The notes under the pieces are model-generated. The model had not been told where the DNA came from. It made no database searches and worked only from the letters and a program-made list of their open reading frames with translations. Positions 15,921-28,500 of a DNA stretch of 64,000 bases are shown piece by piece (positions within the stretch are counted from its first letter, which is position 1; the number at the start of each line of letters is the position of its first letter). This DNA is from the human T2T-CHM13v2.0 reference genome, Homo sapiens: the NCBI RefSeq assembly GCF_009914755.1, contig NC_060936.1; one strand, given 5' to 3'. A program made the position numbers and the translations under genes.

Positions 15921-16281
15921 TGATCAATTCAGTTTCACAGACACTGAGTTTGAATTTCTGGGTGCCTTAGTCTGGTTCCTGAGCAAACAAGAGTCTTGGG
16001 TAAGGATTAATCCTTATGCTTTATTTGAGAAGTACACACTCAAGGCAGTGAAAGTAAGGAAAAACGAAAAAAAAGGCAGGGAAGGATGGAAAGCAATTCA
16101 AGATGATGCTGGTCACTACTACCCAATTACCGCAAAGAGACAGGGCAGGTGGCTTGGTAGGAGTGATGCGACCACGTGGGGCATTTCCAGATAAATTCTA
16201 GATAAAGTCATTGTGCTTTGGAGCTTGGTGACATTTCACGGATGGTGAAAGGAGAGGAAGTTTATTTAACTAGATTCCCTC

Positions 16282-16850
16282 CTGTATTAGTTTTCAATGG
16301 CTGCATAACAAATTACCACAAACTTAATGACTTAAAATATGGTTAAAATACCCATTTAATAGCTCACAGTTTTGTGAGTCAGAAGCCAGGTATGGGGTAG
16401 CTGGGGTTCCTACTCAGGGATCATAAGGCTGAAATCAAGGTGTCGGCCTGCCTGTGCTATTGTCTGAAGGCTCTGGGGAAGACTCCACTTTCAAGCTTGT
16501 TCTTGTTGTTGGTAGAATTCAGTTCCTTGTGATTGGAGAACAGAGGTCCTTATTTCTTTGTTAGATGTTGGTCTGGGCTGCCATCAGCTCCTAGAAACCA
16601 CTCACATTCCTTGCCACCCATGTCCTCCATCTTCAAAAAGCTATGGTATGAGTCAAATCCTTCTTGAGCCAGAGGAAACTCTCTGCTTTAAACACACATT
16701 TGGTATGACTCCTCTGGATAATTTCCCTGTTTTAAGGCCAGTATGTCAGGTAATACAACCTAGTCACAGGAGTGAAGCCCAGCCAGTGATTATGTACTCA
16801 TGTACACCTCGAGGCAGAAGATCTTGGATGCCATTCTGCCTACTACACCT
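16282..16850 (-). mobile_element. MLT1-type MaLR LTR
   Basis: TGTATTAGTTTTC..GCTGCATAACAAATTACCACAAACTTA..AAGGCTGAAATCAAGGTGTCGGC..GCCATTCTGCCTACTACA. Confidence 0.7.
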
Positions 16851-17422
16851 CCTGTCCCTAAATCTGATTTCAAAGCCCATGTTCTTCCTGCTACCCAAAG
16901 CTGCTTGATAATATATGGAGACCGAGATTGCTTGGGGCTGATAATACAATGTCAATAGATGAAAGGCAGACATGAAACTCCTCCACTTCTGTTCTGGTTC
17001 CATGACTTTTGTTGAAAGGAATGTTCTGTGAATCCCAGCATGTATTAAGTGCTCAATAAATAGGGCTGAATGAATGATGGATTGGACAGAGGAGAGTACT
17101 GGAAGACTTAATGTGATAAGTAAATAGATTTTAAATGAAGACCTAATTGTGTTAATAGAGATTCTCTCTAGTTTTAGATGAATTACATTTCTGAGTCCTG
17201 AGAGAATAACAGGTGAGATTTCTGCAAAATCAACTCAACTCAACATATGTTTCTTGAATGAATGAGTGGACAAATTTATTTTGTTTGGTGATCCTCTGAC
17301 TACAGGACTAGGAAGCCTATCTGAAAGAATTTAAAACCCCAAAACTAATTTAGCAGCATATATTTGTTCTTGATGATACTGTAGGGAAACTCTTAGAGAT
17401 AATCTCTCCTACATTTCATTAA

Positions 17423-17755
<333 letters not shown>

Positions 17756-17870
17756 TAAATAATAAATTATTAAAGACATAATTTCTAAATTGTGGGTTTG
17801 AGCAGTGCGAATGACCTTATATTAAAACACATGAAATGTTTTTCAGCCAAAGTAGAATGCAAAGCTCTGA

Positions 17871-18217
<347 letters not shown>

Positions 18218-18773
18218 TATGTGTTTACATTGTACTTTACTAAACTTCTATTTACATACACACACACGAGTGCTATGCATTCTGTTCGATCAATATTAGT
18301 TATAATTTTTTTCTGTGACCTTATATAGATTCAATTCCAAAATACCTGATTATAATAAATCTGCATTTAATTACACATGAAATATATTCATGATTAATCA
18401 GTTATAATCTGAGTAAATCCTTAAATAATTCTTTTTAATTTGTGAATGTATTAAGGTGTCAATATGTCATTGATAAAGTGCAATATGAGAACTTAAATCT
18501 CCTTGTCACAGATGCATCTTTCTTTCGTTAAAAGAATGCCAAAGGTATTTTAGTATATCTAACGCTTTTCTCATCCTGTATGGCATGTTCTTTAAAATAG
18601 TAAATTTATTATAGATACCTTCGTTGTTGTAATAAATTAATAACTACCAGAAGTCTATCATGAACAGAACACTACCTAGACAAGACTAGTGCAAAAAAAA
18701 AAAAAAAAAAAAAGAGGTGCTTGAAATGCTACCTGTCTTCTGGGAATATACATAAAATTTACATATAAGCATG

Positions 18774-19154
18774 TGTATTAATCTATTCTCACACTGCTAT
18801 GAAGAAATACCCGAGATTGGGTAATTTAGAAAGGAAAGAGGTTTAATTGATTCACTGTTCTGCATGGCTGGGGAGGCCTCAGGAAACTTACAATCATGGC
18901 AGTAGGCAAAAAGGAAGCAAGACACCTTCTTCACAATGCAGTAGGAAGGAGAAGTATGAGAGCTGAGTAAAGAGGGGAGCCCATTATAAAACCATCAGAT
19001 CTTGTGAACACTTACTCACTATCATGAGAATAGCATGGGAGAACCACCCCCATGACTCAATGACCTCCCACCGTGTCCCTCCCACCATACGTAGGGATTA
19101 TGGGAACTACAATTCAAGATGAGTTTTGGGTGGAGACAGAGCCAAACCATAGCA
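18774..19154 (-). mobile_element. THE1-family solo LTR (MaLR)
   Basis: TG...CA termini, 381 bp, THE1 motifs (GGCTGGGGAGGCCTCAGGAAACTTACAATCATGGC, ACAATTCAAGATGAG), perfect 5-bp TSD GCATG. Confidence 0.9.
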
Positions 19155-22100
19155 GCATGTATACCACCAAAATAGAAAAGACACTACCTAGTATGTGATA
19201 ACATAGTGCTAAGACACCTTGAATTCTAAGATACATCCCAAATTCCAAGATGTTAAAGATGAAAATACAATATATCTTAATAGTTTTCATACATATGTAC
19301 TATATATCTAAGACAGAAATTTTACATGTGATATTCTCAATCCTAGTCTACTTATTTTTTAAATGATGTTATGGGTTTGCTAAATTAATTTTACCACCCA
19401 CTAATGGGCTGACCTGATCTAAACACTAATCTACATCATGTGTCACAGATAATTAAAAACCTTGTTAACATATACAACCAAGGTGCTAATTGCTTAATTC
19501 TATGGTGGGTGCAGAAGAAGAAAAGACACAATTGAATATGGACAGAAACTACCTGGAAAGTTTTCAAATTGGAAAGAAGAATTGAGCCTTGAATACATGG
19601 GTAAAATATGGTGTGATAAAGAAGAGGCAGTGAATGGTTGAGAAACATAAACTGGGGGAAAAACCCTCAGATGTAAATGTAAAAAAAAAATTCCTTTCCT
19701 TAAAAATAAAATCTAACCATTTAACATTATTTTAAAAATATATGAGAATCCTTTTTGAATAGTAAAAGTCTCAATAATTTCAAAGATTACAACAAATTTT
19801 AATGTTTCACCTACAGAAAGTATACAGAATTCTGAAAAATTAAATACAGCTTCCAAAGAATGAAAATATATAAAATTGATTTAAGTAGAACTTGATACAA
19901 TATTTGTTTTATACCCTTGTTATAAATTCAAAAGGGGTCAAATAGTCTAATAGCAAAATGATAGCAGCCTGAAAACAAGTGGCTGTATATTCCCCCACCC
20001 CCAATTTTTCTGTGCTTCTCTTATATTCAAAGATTAACGCAAAAACAAAATTTTGGAATCTGCTCTTTGCTGACCTCTGTACACGTTACCAAAAAAAAAA
20101 AAATCCTAGGATATAATGAGGTATACAGCACAAAACTGGCTGGCTGAACTCCTCAGTGACTCCCCTGCATTCACCTTCAGAATTTCTCTCTACTCCTGGC
20201 AAAAAGTGAGCAAACAACACAAACCCAAAAACCTATTTTGTACGTGTATGTGAAATGTGCACACCACAGTGCAAATATGTGATAGTTTTTAAATGTGCAC
20301 GATTGGCAGTTAGGAAATGTCACTGTAATCGTTAGGTGAAACTTCAATCCCTTTGATGAAGATACCATCTTTGAGCCAAGCCCTGACAGAAAACCTTTGG
20401 TTCCTGTTAGACCCCTCCCTCCCCAGTCAGCTGCTGGGCTCCATCCGGAGGGATGGAGGCTCTCTCTCTCCATTACAGCTAAGCGTTCCCAGACCCAGCA
20501 GAAACCCTGGGTTCCTGCAGAGCACTCAACGTGCAGCAAAGTGTCCCAGCTCTGCAAAGGGCAGCTGGAAATGGATTTAAAATGGCAACGCGGACCAATC
20601 AGCGCTGCCGCGCCAAAGCAGACATTTACACGCGCCTCCTCCACATGCACAGCGGAACCTGGCGGTGCCTAACTCCTGCTTAGGGCTGCAAAGTAGGCGT
20701 TTTTATTCCACGGTGGTCTGTATCTTTGAAAAAAATAAATTCTTCCCCAGGTGAAAGTTTTTATTTTGGAATTAGTCCAAAATAATTTTGGGTGTGATGT
20801 GTGAAAATCTGAACCTAATTTTTTCAGAGTTTTGTGTTATTCAAGGATGAAAAGAGGTACATTTAAAAATGTACTCCACCTTTTAAAAACGGACTGTGGC
20901 CATTATGGTGTTCACATAACTCAGAACAGCCCAGGCCATAAAATTAGGACTTGGCAGAAAGAGAGTTCTCAGGCAGAAGGTTAAATCGAGGTAAACTGAA
21001 GGGAGAGTTGGGCAGTGAGTGCAATTGTGGTGTTAGGAATCTACAAGGTGCCCTTTACCCTGGGAACATCGGATTCCCGGGGAGGGGGATGGGGAGGGAA
21101 CTTCGGTTGCCTCTAGTCTTTCCTGGAGAAAAAAGTTCAATGAAGAAGCTGGGGCGCTCTGTGTGTGCACATTGTTTGCATGTGTCTGCGAATGTGCATG
21201 TCTATCTGCGTGCCTGTGTGTATGTGTGTGTGTGTAAATGCGGGTGTTTACCAGCGCATGAATGCCCCCGTGTCCACGTGTATCTGCGTGCATGTGCTTA
21301 CACGCGTGTTCGTGTGTATCTGCATGCATGTCTCCGTGTATGTGCGCGCTCGCCCGCCCGCAGGCTCTGTGGTGAGGGCATTCCGAGGCGGAGTACGGCT
21401 GTCAGGGGACCTCTCCCACTCCACTGCAGTCCCTTCCCACTCACAGTGAACCGGTGCGCTGCCTGAGGTGCAGCCTAGACGCTTCCTGCAAAGTGTTGGC
21501 TCGGCACGGTAGAGGCGCAGGTAAAGGCCAAGCCCCGAAACGTGGCTCCGGGACAGTCACGTTCCCGCGCCTTCCCAGGACAACTGCCCAGGGGTGACCT
21601 CGAGAGGCGGGTGGAGCTAGGCCCACGGCGAGCCAGCCCGGGATCCCCGGCCTGTCCCTTTAACCCCGCCGCCGGGCGGGAGCACGTGAGCGGGGCTCCG
21701 GGTGGCACCCGGGCGCCGCCGCCGCCGAGGCAGTTGTATTTCGAACGCTGCCTCTGGCTAGCAGCCAGGCGCCTTGGCTCGGCGGTCCGCCTGGCCTCCC
21801 TCCTCCTCATACTTTTCTTCCTGCGCAACCCCCTCCCCTTTATCCGCCCACGATTAGAGGTGGGCACTCCCCCCACCACCACCCCCTCCCCAAGCGCAAG
21901 CGCGTGCACGCACACACACCACACACACTCACACTCACACACACTCACACACACTCATCCCACTTGAATCTTGGGGCAGGAACTCAGAAAACTTCCAGCC
22001 CGGGCAGCGCGCGCTTGGTGCAAGACTCAGGAGCTAGCAGCCCGTCCCCCTCCGACTCTCCGGTGCCGCCGCTGCCTGCTCCCGCCACCCTAGGAGGCGC

Positions 22101-22212
22101 GGTGCCACCCACTACTCTGTCCTCTGCCTGTGCTCCGTGCCCGACCCTATCCCGGCGGAGTCTCCCCATCCTCCTTTGCTTTCCGACTGCCCAAGGCACT
22201 TTCAATCTCAAT

Positions 22213-22216
<4 letters not shown>

Positions 22217-22270
<54 letters not shown>
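22217..22270 (+). repeat. (TC)27 microsatellite in the HMGA2 5'UTR
   Basis: TCTCT followed by 27 uninterrupted TC units. Confidence 0.95.
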
Positions 22271-22273
<3 letters not shown>

Positions 22274-22600
22274 GGGTGGGGGGAAGAGGAGGAGGAATTC
22301 TTTCCCCGCCTAACATTTCAAGGGACACAATTCACTCCAAGTCTCTTCCCTTTCCAAGCCGCTTCCGAAGTGCTCCCGGTGCCCGCAACTCCTGATCCCA
22401 ACCCGCGAGAGGAGCCTCTGCGACCTCAAAGCCTCTCTTCCTTCTCCCTCGCTTCCCTCCTCCTCTTGCTACCTCCACCTCCACCGCCACCTCCACCTCC
22501 GGCACCCACCCACCGCCGCCGCCGCCACCGGCAGCGCCTCCTCCTCTCCTCCTCCTCCTCCCCTCTTCTCTTTTTGGCAGCCGCTGGACGTCCGGTGTTG

Positions 22601-22624
22601 ATGGTGGCAGCGGCGGCAGCCTAA
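22601..22624 (+). other. uORF MVAAAAA*
   Basis: Only ATG found in 21963-22771; context ttgATGG; stop TAA 147 nt before the main ATG. Confidence 0.6.
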
Positions 22625-22771
22625 GCAACAGCAGCCCTCGCAGCCCGCCAGCTCGCGCTCGCCCCGCCGGCGTCCCCAGCCCTATCACCTCATCTCCCGA
22701 AAGGTGCTGGGCAGCTCCGGGGCGGTCGAGGCGAAGCGGCTGCAGCGGCGGTAGCGGCGGCGGGAGGCAGG

Positions 22772-22882
22772 ATGAGCGCACGCGGTGAGGGCGCGGGGCA
22801 GCCGTCCACTTCAGCCCAGGGACAACCTGCCGCCCCAGCGCCTCAGAAGAGAGGACGCGGCCGCCCCAGGAAGCAGCAGCAA
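22772..22882 (+). CDS. HMGA2: HMGA2 coding exon 1 (aa 1-37, AT-hook 1)
   Basis: [37 protein letters not shown]; donor CAA|GTCAGT; phase 0. Confidence 0.99.
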
Positions 22883-24343
22883 GTCAGTACGAGGGCGCGG
22901 TGGGGGCACCAGCCCACCCCGTCCCCACTGCCGGGGCCCAGACACGCGCGGGGCGGCCGGAGTGCGGGAGCCCAGTCGCCGCGGCCGTCGCACACTGCCC
23001 GCCGGCCGGCCGGGGGGAGCGGCGCAGACCCCACGAGTGCGCCGCGCGGCCCCGGGGCGCCAGCAACCCTCCGGGCGGGGAGGTGGGGAGCCGCGGCGGG
23101 CGGCCCGGGGAAGGCGGGAGGTGGGGTCGGGCGAAGCGCGTCCTCGGACTTTCGCTATTGTGCACGGCCCCGAGTGGCGCGGTGTCGCCCAGTGACTGGA
23201 AGCGACCGGGATCCGACAAACCCGGGCTCGCAGGCGCTTTCCGAGTTGCTTTTGCAACTGCCCGGGAGGAAGGAGGTGCCGGGGACCCGGGCGCTTCGGC
23301 CGATCTGGGCTGAAGGGGCTAGAGTCTTGGGGGCCGGAGGCTCTTTCTCCCGCCTCCCGGGGCTGCTCGCGGGTCGGGGGCTGGCGCGCCGCAGCCGCCC
23401 CCTTGGCGCCCTCCTCCAAGCTCTCGGTGGCCCAAGACTCGCGCCCTCCCGACAAAGAACGCATGGAGACCCGGCTGCCTGGTCCTTTTTGGGCTCTTTA
23501 AATATGCGGCGGCCGCCGGAGGGAGCCCGGGGCAGGGGCTACGGGGAGCCTGGTTCCCCGCAGGACGGGGTTAACTCGCCCAGCTAAGGGCGCGTTGAAA
23601 GGAGTGTCCAAGAGAGTGCAGGGTAGCCAGGGTCGCTTCCTTGTCAGGGGCCCGGTCCCCCTTTTGCCCCTGGATCTCGCGCCTCAGAGCTGCAGCCATT
23701 AAATGCTCTTCTCCAAGGCCAGTGGCCGGGGGTTGAGTAGGGGACGATCGAGGGGCGCCCGGGACCCTGCGGAGTGGAGGGTTTTGTCTGCGGATGCAAC
23801 CAATTAAGCGTGCAGCCGGCGCTTGCAGAGCTGCGCTCAGCGCGCAGGGCTGGGGGTTTTGTTCGCTGTAATTTCCAAGCCGCGGCGGGCAGAGTTGGAG
23901 CGGGATATGTCTATTGAGAACATTTAAACTCCACTTTCTCGGGCTTTAAAACTTGCTCTCTGCTTAGTCTTAAATCGCTTCCTTCATGGCAAACACGCCG
24001 ATTAGAAAATAATCCTAGAGTCCCAAAGTTGTCCGAGAGCAAGGTGGGGAAACTGAACAATGTTTGCTTGCCAGTGCATTTTAGAAAAATTGAGAGTTGT
24101 ACCTTTTTGAAATCATCAAAGGAAACAAGCCGATCTAGAGGCCCCTGAGTTTTCCCGCTCTGCCCAAGCGACACTTTACACCGCATTTGAATCCTGTTTT
24201 ACACCTCCCAGGAAGTCTCTGCCCTCCCCCACTTGTTTCCCACCCGCCACCCAGTTCTAACTCACTAATTGCCCCCCCTCCAAAAAAAAAAAAAAAATCC
24301 AAAAGAAATTACAATGGGGTCTGGAGGTGATTGGATACTTTAC

Positions 24344-24480
24344 CTTTGAGTTAAGGCAGAGTTCACAAAGAAAGAAAAATTTGTCTCCGATGTGTTTGCT
24401 CTCGATGTGCCCACTGGTGCTAGTGGTCCCACAGAAGCTTGCAGGGAACCTTCCCGAATTCTCTAAATGGGATGCGAATT
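24344..24480 (-). ncRNA. RPSAP52: Probable first exon of antisense lncRNA RPSAP52
   Basis: Established: RPSAP52 starts in HMGA2 intron 1 and runs antisense. Seen: minus-strand donor AAG|GTAAAG at 24344/24343. Matching this donor to the transcript and the 5' limit are inference; the RPSA-like body is not in the window. Confidence 0.45.
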
Positions 24481-25501
24481 TTCATTGAGGACGTTCATGG
24501 GTTTTAAGTTAATTAGTCTCACTTAATCACCGAATCTGAATGAAATGTGAATAGATGATTCACTGGATAAATATTTGGGATCTGGAATATTAATCATCGC
24601 ATTCTCTTAACCACTTGAGTATTTACTACTTGGCATAGGAGCCATTTAAAGTTTTGCTAAACCAAGTGATTGCTTCCATTTCTCATTCCCAGACACTCCA
24701 TTCCTCCTCGCTTTTACCTCCTTTTAGTTTTCTCCACTCCACCCCCATAAGAGTTTTCTCAAAAGAAAGTTTTGAAGAAAATATGTTTATTTTTATCAAA
24801 AGATATTTAAATTTAGACTGGAGGCCATGCCTGCATCTCCAAAAGGAAGTGGAGAATTGAAGCAATTAACTAGATGATTCAAGCAAAACCTCCCACCATA
24901 GATTTACTATAATTATTTGGAAATTTTAGGGGGAATGGAGTTATTTTGAACTGAAGAACTTGAATAATTGCTCCAGTATTTCACTCAAAATGTGTCAGTT
25001 GAATCATAATCCACCTAGAAGGCAGGTATACAAAGATGATTAAAGGCCACCTTTTCAATATGGAAGATTGTTGAAATATCTGTGATGGTAGCTTCGTATT
25101 TCTGTTGTTTGAAATGCTAGTATAATGCAGAGTGGTGTTCGTTTAAAATGCCTATTATTCCTATGAGTTGCCAAATGCATAGCCCTGTAAACTTTACACC
25201 TTAAAAGTATATGACTTTCTTTCTAGAACATGCCTCTTCAGTCTTTGTTACCATTTTAGGTTTGAAGTAGAATCTAGTTTTCATATACAAAATAGAGTTT
25301 CCTCTTTGAACCCTTGCATTAAAAGTATAGTTATTTCCCCTTTCTGTAAACTCTGTACCATCATCATCCATTTATGCTTGAACTGAACGTGTTCCAACAG
25401 CTCTTTTGAGCAGCACATGCAGAAAATATAGCTAAAGAGTCAGGGTCAATTTCTTTCAGACATTCTTGCCACAACAGCATTTTTTTTTCCCTCACAATTA
25501 G

Positions 25502-25588
25502 GAACCAACCGGTGAGCCCTCTCCTAAGAGACCCAGGGGAAGACCCAAAGGCAGCAAAAACAAGAGTCCCTCTAAAGCAGCTCAAAAG
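25502..25588 (+). CDS. HMGA2: HMGA2 exon 2 (aa 38-66, AT-hook 2)
   Basis: Acceptor TTTTTTTTTCCCTCACAATTAG|; [29 protein letters not shown]; donor AAG|GTGAGA; 87 nt. Confidence 0.99.
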
Positions 25589-28500
25589 GTGAGATTTCTC
25601 AAGTCAAGCTCTCCTAACTTCATCAATGACTGACTACAGGAGCCTGCCTGTAACTTTCCCATTCTAACTCCGCAGCCAGGAATTTGTCCCAACTGGGTAA
25701 CACAAGACTCATTTCTTACATTTAACATTAGTTAGATGCGAGTTAACCTTTTTTGTAAGCAGATGCTCAGCATAAAAAGTTTATGAAGATACTTAACAGT
25801 GTTGTTTTTAAACAAACAGCCACCAAATAATTTGAACCTTAAAACGGGTAGAAGTGAGGAAGGAAGGGGTTGCGGGGGGGGGCGGGATGAAAATGACACA
25901 ATTAATATTTGCACCAGTTGTAAATAGTTAAAAACAAATCAAAACTATAGATTTTGCCTGGTGGTAAAGTTTTTGCAATTTCCTCTGAAAAATGATAAAG
26001 ATTGATTTACTTTGTGCTTATTACATGGCTACTGCAAACCAAATCCCCCTATTAAAGTACTTTGCCAAATAGACGATAATTAGAAGTAAATCTAGTTGTG
26101 GGATAGTGGAAAAATTCCATGAATTTTGCAGCTTTAATTGTGATAATAAAGTATACTGTTTGTTTTACAATAAACCTGCAGTATAGTATATCATAATCTC
26201 AAAATGCCTTTTCATCAAGTGACATAGAAATGTCTGAATTGGACAATGAGACTTTTTAAAACAAGTATTTGGCTCATTTAATATCTCTTTTTGGGCAGAA
26301 TGGAACCCAGTTAAGTGTAATATTCAGTGTTTATCTTAATAAGTTTAAACTTGCAGTTTAAGATAACTTCAGGTTGGCTGTGTTTAAGCTAGCAAAGAGG
26401 AACTATGTCAGGGTTAATGCATGTATAGAGAAGTACCAGTCACTTTTTTGACTTTATAAATAAATTGGAAAAAAAAGTTTCTGCGTTGTATTTGTAGGTT
26501 TGTGTAGTAATTGAGAACAAAGTTTCAAAAATCAGAACTAAATTTGGATATACCTTTTCACCGGTTTTGGGTACTCCATGTACAGTATTTGTTAGAAAGG
26601 ACTATATGCTCATCGTTTGGGGATTAATGTTTTGTGTGATTTTCTTTGTGACTGTGGGTACTAACTGTAATGTATGTAAACTGCCATAGCAACTAATGGT
26701 ACATATAAAGTTATTTAGGAAGTTACTCTGAGTTCTTGTCTGTTTTAACAGTTTTGAACAGAGTTGAGGAGCATATTTTTAATATATTTAAATTTAATTG
26801 CTTCTTAGAGTTTAGATTTAATTGTTTCTTATTTAATCAATAAACTTTAAAATAGCTCTAAGTAACCTTGTTATTTAAAAATGGCAATATATAATCTGGT
26901 ATTTTTAATATGAATACTTTACATTTGTTTCATTTTATCTCATTTATAAATTAACTAAAATGGACTGATTTTACCAAGGAGTTTTTCTATGTTGTGTAAG
27001 TGTGGAGTTTACCTAATTTACTTTTATTCTAAGGAGATGCACAAATGAATATCTTGTTAGATAGCTGACACGCATTTAAGCTGTGGTATAATTCCTCTGA
27101 AAAACACATCATGATAATATCTCCTAGGAAGAAATCTTTAAATTTCACCATAAATAAGTAATTTGAAATTTAATACTAAAAAGGAAAATGAATTGTCTCC
27201 CATATTTTACTATATTTCATGTTTTTTGGATGAATAGATAGAAACGCTCCCATCGCCTCCGCTTCATTTTAAAAAGCTTACCACTGACTAACAAAATTTG
27301 TATTGAGAAAAGGGAAGCTGAAGCTAGTGCCTAGTTTACCACCTAAAGCAAAATTTTTAAAGTTGATCTATTCCTAAGTAAGGGTTGATTTATTTTTAGT
27401 GACTCTAGTGACAGGCATTTGTAAATGACCCCCCTACGCCGCTCATCTTTCTGAAAATTCTTCATGTGTATGCATACATTATTCCAATTTCCAAAACAGA
27501 AGTAGGCTTTCTTTTTTCTAAAGATTCCTTCTCCAGAATCTTTCATTCTTTCAGACACAATTATTTCCTACAATGGTGTTATAAAAATCCCTCTTGTAAT
27601 AAAAATGAATAAATACATTTGCCCATAACATGACTTATTTTTCTTCAGTTTTATAAATTACGCTTCATCTGGAGAAGAGAATACCTTGCAAAATAATGAA
27701 TGACATTGATGAATCGTTCATGGCATGTGTAAACTTAAGGTATTTTCACTTTCAAATCAGAATTTGTTGAGTATGTTACTATTCTATATAAATATGATTT
27801 TCAAACATTTGTTTATTAAGCATATATTGTGTTCTAACAAAACATATATGTTCGTCAGGATTTTGCAATGCAAATCTTTTTAGAAAAAGTTATATTGTTC
27901 ATAACATGTAAGATAAACATACCCTGTGAGACTGACCAGAATAGATATGAGAAGTCTTCTATGAGTAACAAAGTGAGTGTTTTCCTGTAAACTGAGACCC
28001 ATCACAATGCAAAATACATTGCAAAGACTGGTAAGTATATGAGAAGAAAGAAGCCTAAAATTAGAGGAGCTGCAATGCACACTGAAATCCTGATGGTTAT
28101 ATACTTAAAATTTCTTGCTGCTTGGAGTTTCTTGACTTACAAAGTTTATATTTGGATTCAGTAATTGGCCTTGGGACATTTGAAAACAAAGCTGTTGATT
28201 TGAAAATTAACAGTGTGAAACTGGACAATGCATGCAGAATGTTGCAAGACCAAGTGAATGACTACTAAATTAGCCATCACTTCAATTTCAAACCATATTC
28301 AGTAGAAAATTGATTTATATAATATGTAAAACAAAGACATTTATAAGAACACAATTTCCTATGCTTGGAACTTTTGGAAGAGAAGATAATTATTCTTCAA
28401 TCTACTTAATATTCCATTAAAACTAATTACTATGCATGACCATTGTGTAATGATTCTAGTCATTCCTCAGAACTCCAATCTGAGTGCTCAAAATTTGTCC

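Larger units (their letters stand above)
21963..22771 (+). other. HMGA2: HMGA2 exon 1 5'UTR (long form; multiple TSSs likely)
   Basis: Upstream of the ATG at 22772; start CTTGAATCTTGGGGCAGG matches my recollection of the reference mRNA 5' end, and the TSS is not derivable from sequence alone. Confidence 0.7.
21300..23910. promoter_or_regulatory. HMGA2: CpG island / HMGA2 promoter region
   Basis: High GC and dense CpG against an AT-rich background; GC boxes, E-box CACGTG 21683-21688, no canonical TATAAA. Confidence 0.9.

Noticed and set aside
20857-20874. 8-bp inverted repeat GTACATTT-AA-AAATGTAC
   Set aside because: Short and AT-rich; expected by chance at this window size
20951-23464. Many overlapping long ORFs on both strands in the CpG island
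   Set aside because: Expected from high GC and simple repeats; low-complexity translations with no recognisable domain
22772-23587. 271-aa ORF starting at the HMGA2 ATG
   Set aside because: Only the first 37 codons match HMGA2. The rest is read-through past the GT donor at 22883 into GC-rich, stop-poor intron 1
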